A stretch of DNA of 64,000 nt from NCBI GenBank assembly GCA_977017645.1, contig OZ360232.1, forward strand, positions 26,288,001-26,352,000, read 5' to 3'. The notes beneath the pieces were generated by a model. The model did not search any database and was not told where the DNA came from. It was given only the letters and a program-made list of their open reading frames with translations. The DNA comes from Torpedo marmorata (lineage: Eukaryota). Numbering within the stretch: the stretch's first letter is position 1; the number at the start of each line of letters is the position of its first letter. Below are positions 59,477-64,000 of this stretch, piece after piece. The position numbers were made by a program, and so were the translations under genes.

Positions 59477-60068
59477 CCGTTTTAACTCATGTAATAGTCA
59501 ATACCATGTAAACGTCGACCCTCCTCCCCCCTATTTTTGGCCCCAAAATGTGGTATTTTCCATATATCGCTTGTAAAAGTCGACCCCTCTATTTTTGGCC
59601 TGCCCATCAGAGCTCCCGATGCATTGATTGTGGACTCCTCTGCGTGGCTCCGGCCGCCCACACATCGGAGTCGCCGAAGCCTCGAGCGCAGACTCTCACC
59701 GAGGCCCCGGCCGTCCACCCACCAGAGCTCCTGACGCCTCGATCGTGGACTTACCACCCAGTCAGGCCGCCCGCCCGCCTACTCACCCGCTCATCGGAAC
59801 TCCCGACAACTCGAACGACGTAGGTACTTACTGCGGTCAAAACTAGTCCTGGCCGCCCGCTCATCGGAACTCCGACGCCTCGACCGACGTAGGCACTGAC
59901 AACGGTCAAAACCAGTCCTGACCGCCCACCCGCTCATCGGAACTCCGACGCCTCAACCGACGTAGGCACTTACCGTGGTCATAAGTATTATCCATGTAAT
60001 AGTCAACCCCATAAATTGAATGTTAAAAAATTGTCTAAACAACTCGACTTTTACACACGTATATGCAG
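59477..60068. mobile_element. Non-autonomous Tc1/mariner (Tc2-like) element with CpG-rich internal tandem repeats
   Basis: TA-CCGTTTTAACTCATGTAATAGTC ... GACTTTTACACACGTATATGCAG-TA; repeated tgtaa(a/t)agtc(g/a)acc motifs; three ~65-bp units at ~59785-59980. Confidence 0.72.
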
Positions 60069-60299
60069 TATTTTATTACCATTAGACATGAATGCTGAAT
60101 TTAAGACCAGGCTCCAGTTTCCACACACTGGAACTTTCTGAGCTCATTTGGAACCATCTTTCCTCGTCCAACTCACAGGTAAACATGCTCCCTCCAAACC
60201 ATCAGCTTTCTCCTGGTAGCATATGACCATGGAATGATGGAGCTGATCAGGAAGGACATTTCAAAAAACACTGGGACTGTCAAGTGCCATAATTATGTT

Positions 60300-60514
60300 G
60301 TTTTTTTAAATTAAAACATGCAAAGTAAACAGGCCCTTCCAGCCCATGAGCCTGTGCCGCCCAATTAACCTACAGCCCCTGTAAATTTTGAAGGGTGGGA
60401 GGAAACCGGATCACCTGAAGGAAACCCAGGCAGAAAAGGGGAGAATGTACAAACAGTGCCGGATTCGAACCCAGGTCGCCGGCGCTGTAATAGTGTTGCA
60501 CTAACCACTACGCC
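60300..60514 (-). mobile_element. V-SINE
   Basis: ccggattcgaaccc (B box on minus strand) and gggaggaaaccgga V-domain; reverse complement of the 59117 copy. Confidence 0.8.
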
Positions 60515-61475
60515 AAAGATTATTTCCTGATCCTTTTTACCTCTGGTCAAGCCAAAACTCAGTTTCCATTGCTCAACATGTATTTCTCACAAAAACTGAA
60601 ATTTGTGCACAATGCGTAAATCTTTTGTGTCTTTGTGTGAAAAGGGCATACCTGGGGTAAGCATGGGAAACAGTTGTAAGCCATTACTGTTTCTTCTAAT
60701 CTCTCTGATTGATAGAAAGCACCTTACTCATTGACCATTAGCTCAGACTGGAATTACCAGTTTGCATTCATTCAGAGCGGCAATGACAAGAGAGTCGATT
60801 AAATGAGATTACAGCACTTTATCTGGGTGCATATGATCTCATTCAAAGGTGTTTTTGCCCATTCTCTGCACAATTTTTGATGACACTGAGTACAAAAAAA
60901 TCTAACAGAAACCACATACAATCAGCTACTTAATTTGTTTACATAACAGTGAACATGAAAACAGCAGAAACATGGGACATCATCCTGCTCCCTTGCATAT
61001 CTCTTCCTTTTGCACTGACATAAGGCAAGAGTATCTCCTGAACAATTAACTGAACTTGTTTGACTTTGAATCACTTCTTTCTGTGACAGTTTAATGCTGA
61101 AAGGAATCTATAAAGTTCAACAAGTAACATCCAGTCAACTAATGTTTAGTTTAATTTAATTCAGACTAAGTTTATTCAACTGACTGATGATCAATACTTA
61201 TCATTTCAATGACCTGATTCTCTTAATTTTTGTTAAGCGCAGGGGCAAATCCAATCACTTTAAAATAATTACATACTTAACAGATACACCAAAAATTAAA
61301 TATAAAGATAATGAGCTGCCTCTCCCAGAACCCATGAGAGAAATTATTTTATCCTCATTGAAATATATTTATAGTGTGAATTCCCATAAAAATGTGAAAT
61401 AGAAATAAAATCTTGTTTTTACGTTTCAAAATCAGATTCATCTTTTGAAAGATGGGCAGGCATGGCAGCAATGAC

Positions 61476-61769
61476 CAGATTTCAGATTTCCAGATTCAGA
61501 TTTATTGTCAGAGTACATCCATGACATCACATACAACCCTGAGATTCCTTTTTCCTGCGGGCACGGCAGAATTACTACTAATTGGTAGTGCAAAAAATAA
61601 ACTGTACACAGCGCAAACATGTAAACAAATAAAGAACTGTATACAGGTAACGAATGTAAACAAACTGACTGTGCAATATAGAGAGAACAAAAGAAAATCA
61701 ATAAAGTGCACAAATAAGAGTCCTTAAATGAGTCTCTGATTGAGTTTGTCGTTGAGGAGTCTGATGGTT
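61476..61769 (-). mobile_element. Rex1/Babar LINE 3'UTR fragment
   Basis: (cagatt)n tail and reverse complement of the 3'UTR at 9835-10090. Confidence 0.88.
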
Positions 61770-61934
61770 GGACATTCTTAATTTCCTTGAAATATTATAC
61801 AAATATGTCTGAACAATAGAAAAGAACATTACCTCTGAAGTAAGCTAATTACACAATTACGCCCTACTTGCCTTCTGACTGTAGACAAACCCAAAACTCC
61901 AACTGCATCTAAATAGTATCACAAAATGGAGCAC

Positions 61935-62137
61935 AATCCGGTGTTGTGTGTAAGAAGTTTGTACGTTCTCCCGTGTCTGCATGGGTTCCTTCAAGGTGCT
62001 CCAGTTTCCTCCCATGTTCCAAAGATGTACAGGGTCAGTGGGTTAATTTGTCATGTGGGCGTATTTGGGCGGCGCGGGATCATGGGCCGGAAGGGCCAGT
62101 TACTGTGCTGTATCTCTAAATTAAATTAAATTTTAAA
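61935..62137 (+). mobile_element. V-SINE, 5'-truncated
   Basis: agtttgtacgttctcccgtgtctgcatgggtt V-domain and ctaaattaaattaaatt tail. Confidence 0.8.
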
Positions 62138-64000
62138 ATCTGTAAACACTCCCAATTGAAACAGATGTCAACATAGATGTTGCAGTAAACTGTTAAGTAC
62201 AAAAAAACACAAGATATTCAGAGATCTATACAACATGGATGCTTCGGACAATGATGGTGTTTCTTGACTGAAACAGCTCAGTCAATGCCTGCCTCAAGGT
62301 TGATGTCACAGCAGTAGCCATCCTGGTGACAATGAACCTCCTCAGTTACTGGTTTTCATAAGTGCCCAGGTAGTTAACCCACTGACAAACAATTCCAAGG
62401 ATTGAGAGCTATTGGTCCAATCTGTGCTCTGTGTCCATTCATGCAGAATTATCTACAACATCATCATCATGGCATGCAAAGTAATGGATTTGGCAGGAAA
62501 ATGTTACATTCCCTCATTAAACTCAGGTTGACTTTAGATTCAAACAATACCATAAGAGTTGTTGAATGTTGTAAATGTTCTTTTTCAATTACCTTCACTA
62601 AGACTTCTTTATGTGAGATAGCCATCACCACAGTCCCTGCCAAATTTGTCCTCATTTATGGAATTGAAAGAAAATGCCAAACACAGAAAATTACTCCGTT
62701 GATACCCTCCTCTCAATAGTTACCATTTTTATTCAGATCGGGAATATTGCAGAGCCACAGGAACTGACAAAGGTCAGCCACTCCTCTCATTTCTTTGTTG
62801 CCACAGACATAGTGGAATTATAGTAAACATGTTATCTGCATAACACTCACTTTTACAATGCTAGAATCTCACCTGATTTAGTATAATCACCAGTGAATAA
62901 GAAAATCTTTACACAGCAACACACATTCTTTCCACCTCAACCAAAATCTAAACTATTACTACAGTGTATGAATTGAAATGTCATATTCCATTCAGAATGC
63001 ACAGAAGAAATTATTTTTTGAAGAGAAAATTGTACTCTCCAAAAGAAAAGAGTATTGCTGCAATCTGGAGAGTGCATGTAGAAGAGATTGTCGACACTTG
63101 AAAGAACAATTATTTAGGGGAAGAAAATATTTTTCGAGAAATTGTTTTATTATTAAATAAATCCACATTATCAACCTGAAGACCTAATTGTGAAACAATT
63201 ATAATGAATAGATGGATTTGTGCTCATTTATCAGCATTTTCAGGTATACCAGCAACAATAAGTAACTACCATAACTAAATGTTCCAGAAATGAGGCACGA
63301 GAGTTGAGCTATTAGATGGTTCACCAGTTGAGTAGATGGTCCTTTGTTAACTTCAGTGAAATAGAATATCGGGCGGGGGGGGGGGGTGGGGGGGATTTAA
63401 AAGCAGTTGGTGCTGCAACTTTTCCTTTTTTGCTCTTCAGTTCAAGATTCATTTCATCCCCAGTTGGTACTGAGTAACCAATCCTCTTACTGACAGTCAT
63501 CATTAACAGTCCTAATGGATTACAGAGACAAGCAGTCTCATTACAGGGACAGACAGCATTGAGATCATAAGATCTAATGAAAAATACCAAGACATTAAAA
63601 CCTGTGATAAACAATTATTTGCAGAACCATCAGTTCTGTGCAGTTCTAGCTTGGATGGGCTGTGTGACTGTATTGTCCTCCGTGACCTGATGTGCCTAAT
63701 AGGTTTCCTTAGCAATGCACATCTTTGAGAACTACAGATGTGCCCTTGTCATTTCAGTGACTGTGTCAGATTGTTGGCAATACTTACTTCCCTTAATTAT
63801 GAAACACAACATGAAGAAGCACTGACTATCCTCAAAGGCACGTATTTTTTTTCACAGCCAAAGAAGGAAGACTTGGGTTGGGGGAAGAACACAGAAGCAT
63901 ATATTGTTGATGGAAACCAAGTTAAAGGGCATAAATCATAATGTTTCAGACACAAATCAACATGTATTTTTGCCAGTTTTATCTTGCAATCTTGTCAAAA

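Noticed and set aside
59785-59980. CRISPR-like array
   Set aside because: Units are contiguous tandem repeats without unique spacers, in a eukaryotic MITE, with no cas genes.

Overview
Eukaryotic, repeat-rich, non-coding DNA. The repeat repertoire (HER1/CR1 LINEs, HE1-like V-SINEs, Rex1/Babar, Penelope ends, fish-type L1) points to a cartilaginous fish, probably a ray or shark; this is an inference. I found no convincing host-gene exon, so the window is probably intergenic or part of a large intron. Every recognisable ORF in the track is a decayed transposon ORF. Clearest elements: (1) a full-length but degenerate Ty3/Gypsy provirus (45540-49845; Mag-like, ~96% identical LTRs, 5-bp TSD); (2) a 5'-truncated, very AT-rich L1 (52243-54492; 15-bp TSD); (3) many Rex1/Babar and CR1 fragments, several nested; (4) an internally deleted Chapaev3-like DNA transposon (14975-15772); (5) Tigger-, Tc2- and hAT-type MITEs; (6) tRNA-derived V-SINEs and a 5S-derived SINE; (7) short Penelope-end insertions with hammerhead-like motifs. 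Most interesting observations: Chapaev ends with RSS-like bipartite, 11-bp-asymmetric spacers; a 5S-headed SINE and a GC-rich non-autonomous element that both carry a Rex1-type 3' tail; a Gypsy element with no tRNA PBS whose leader pairs with its own poly(A) signal and whose RT reads YLDN; and a 45-bp segment copied into a MITE from 2.1 kb away. All alignments were done by eye, and boundaries of old fragments are approximate.
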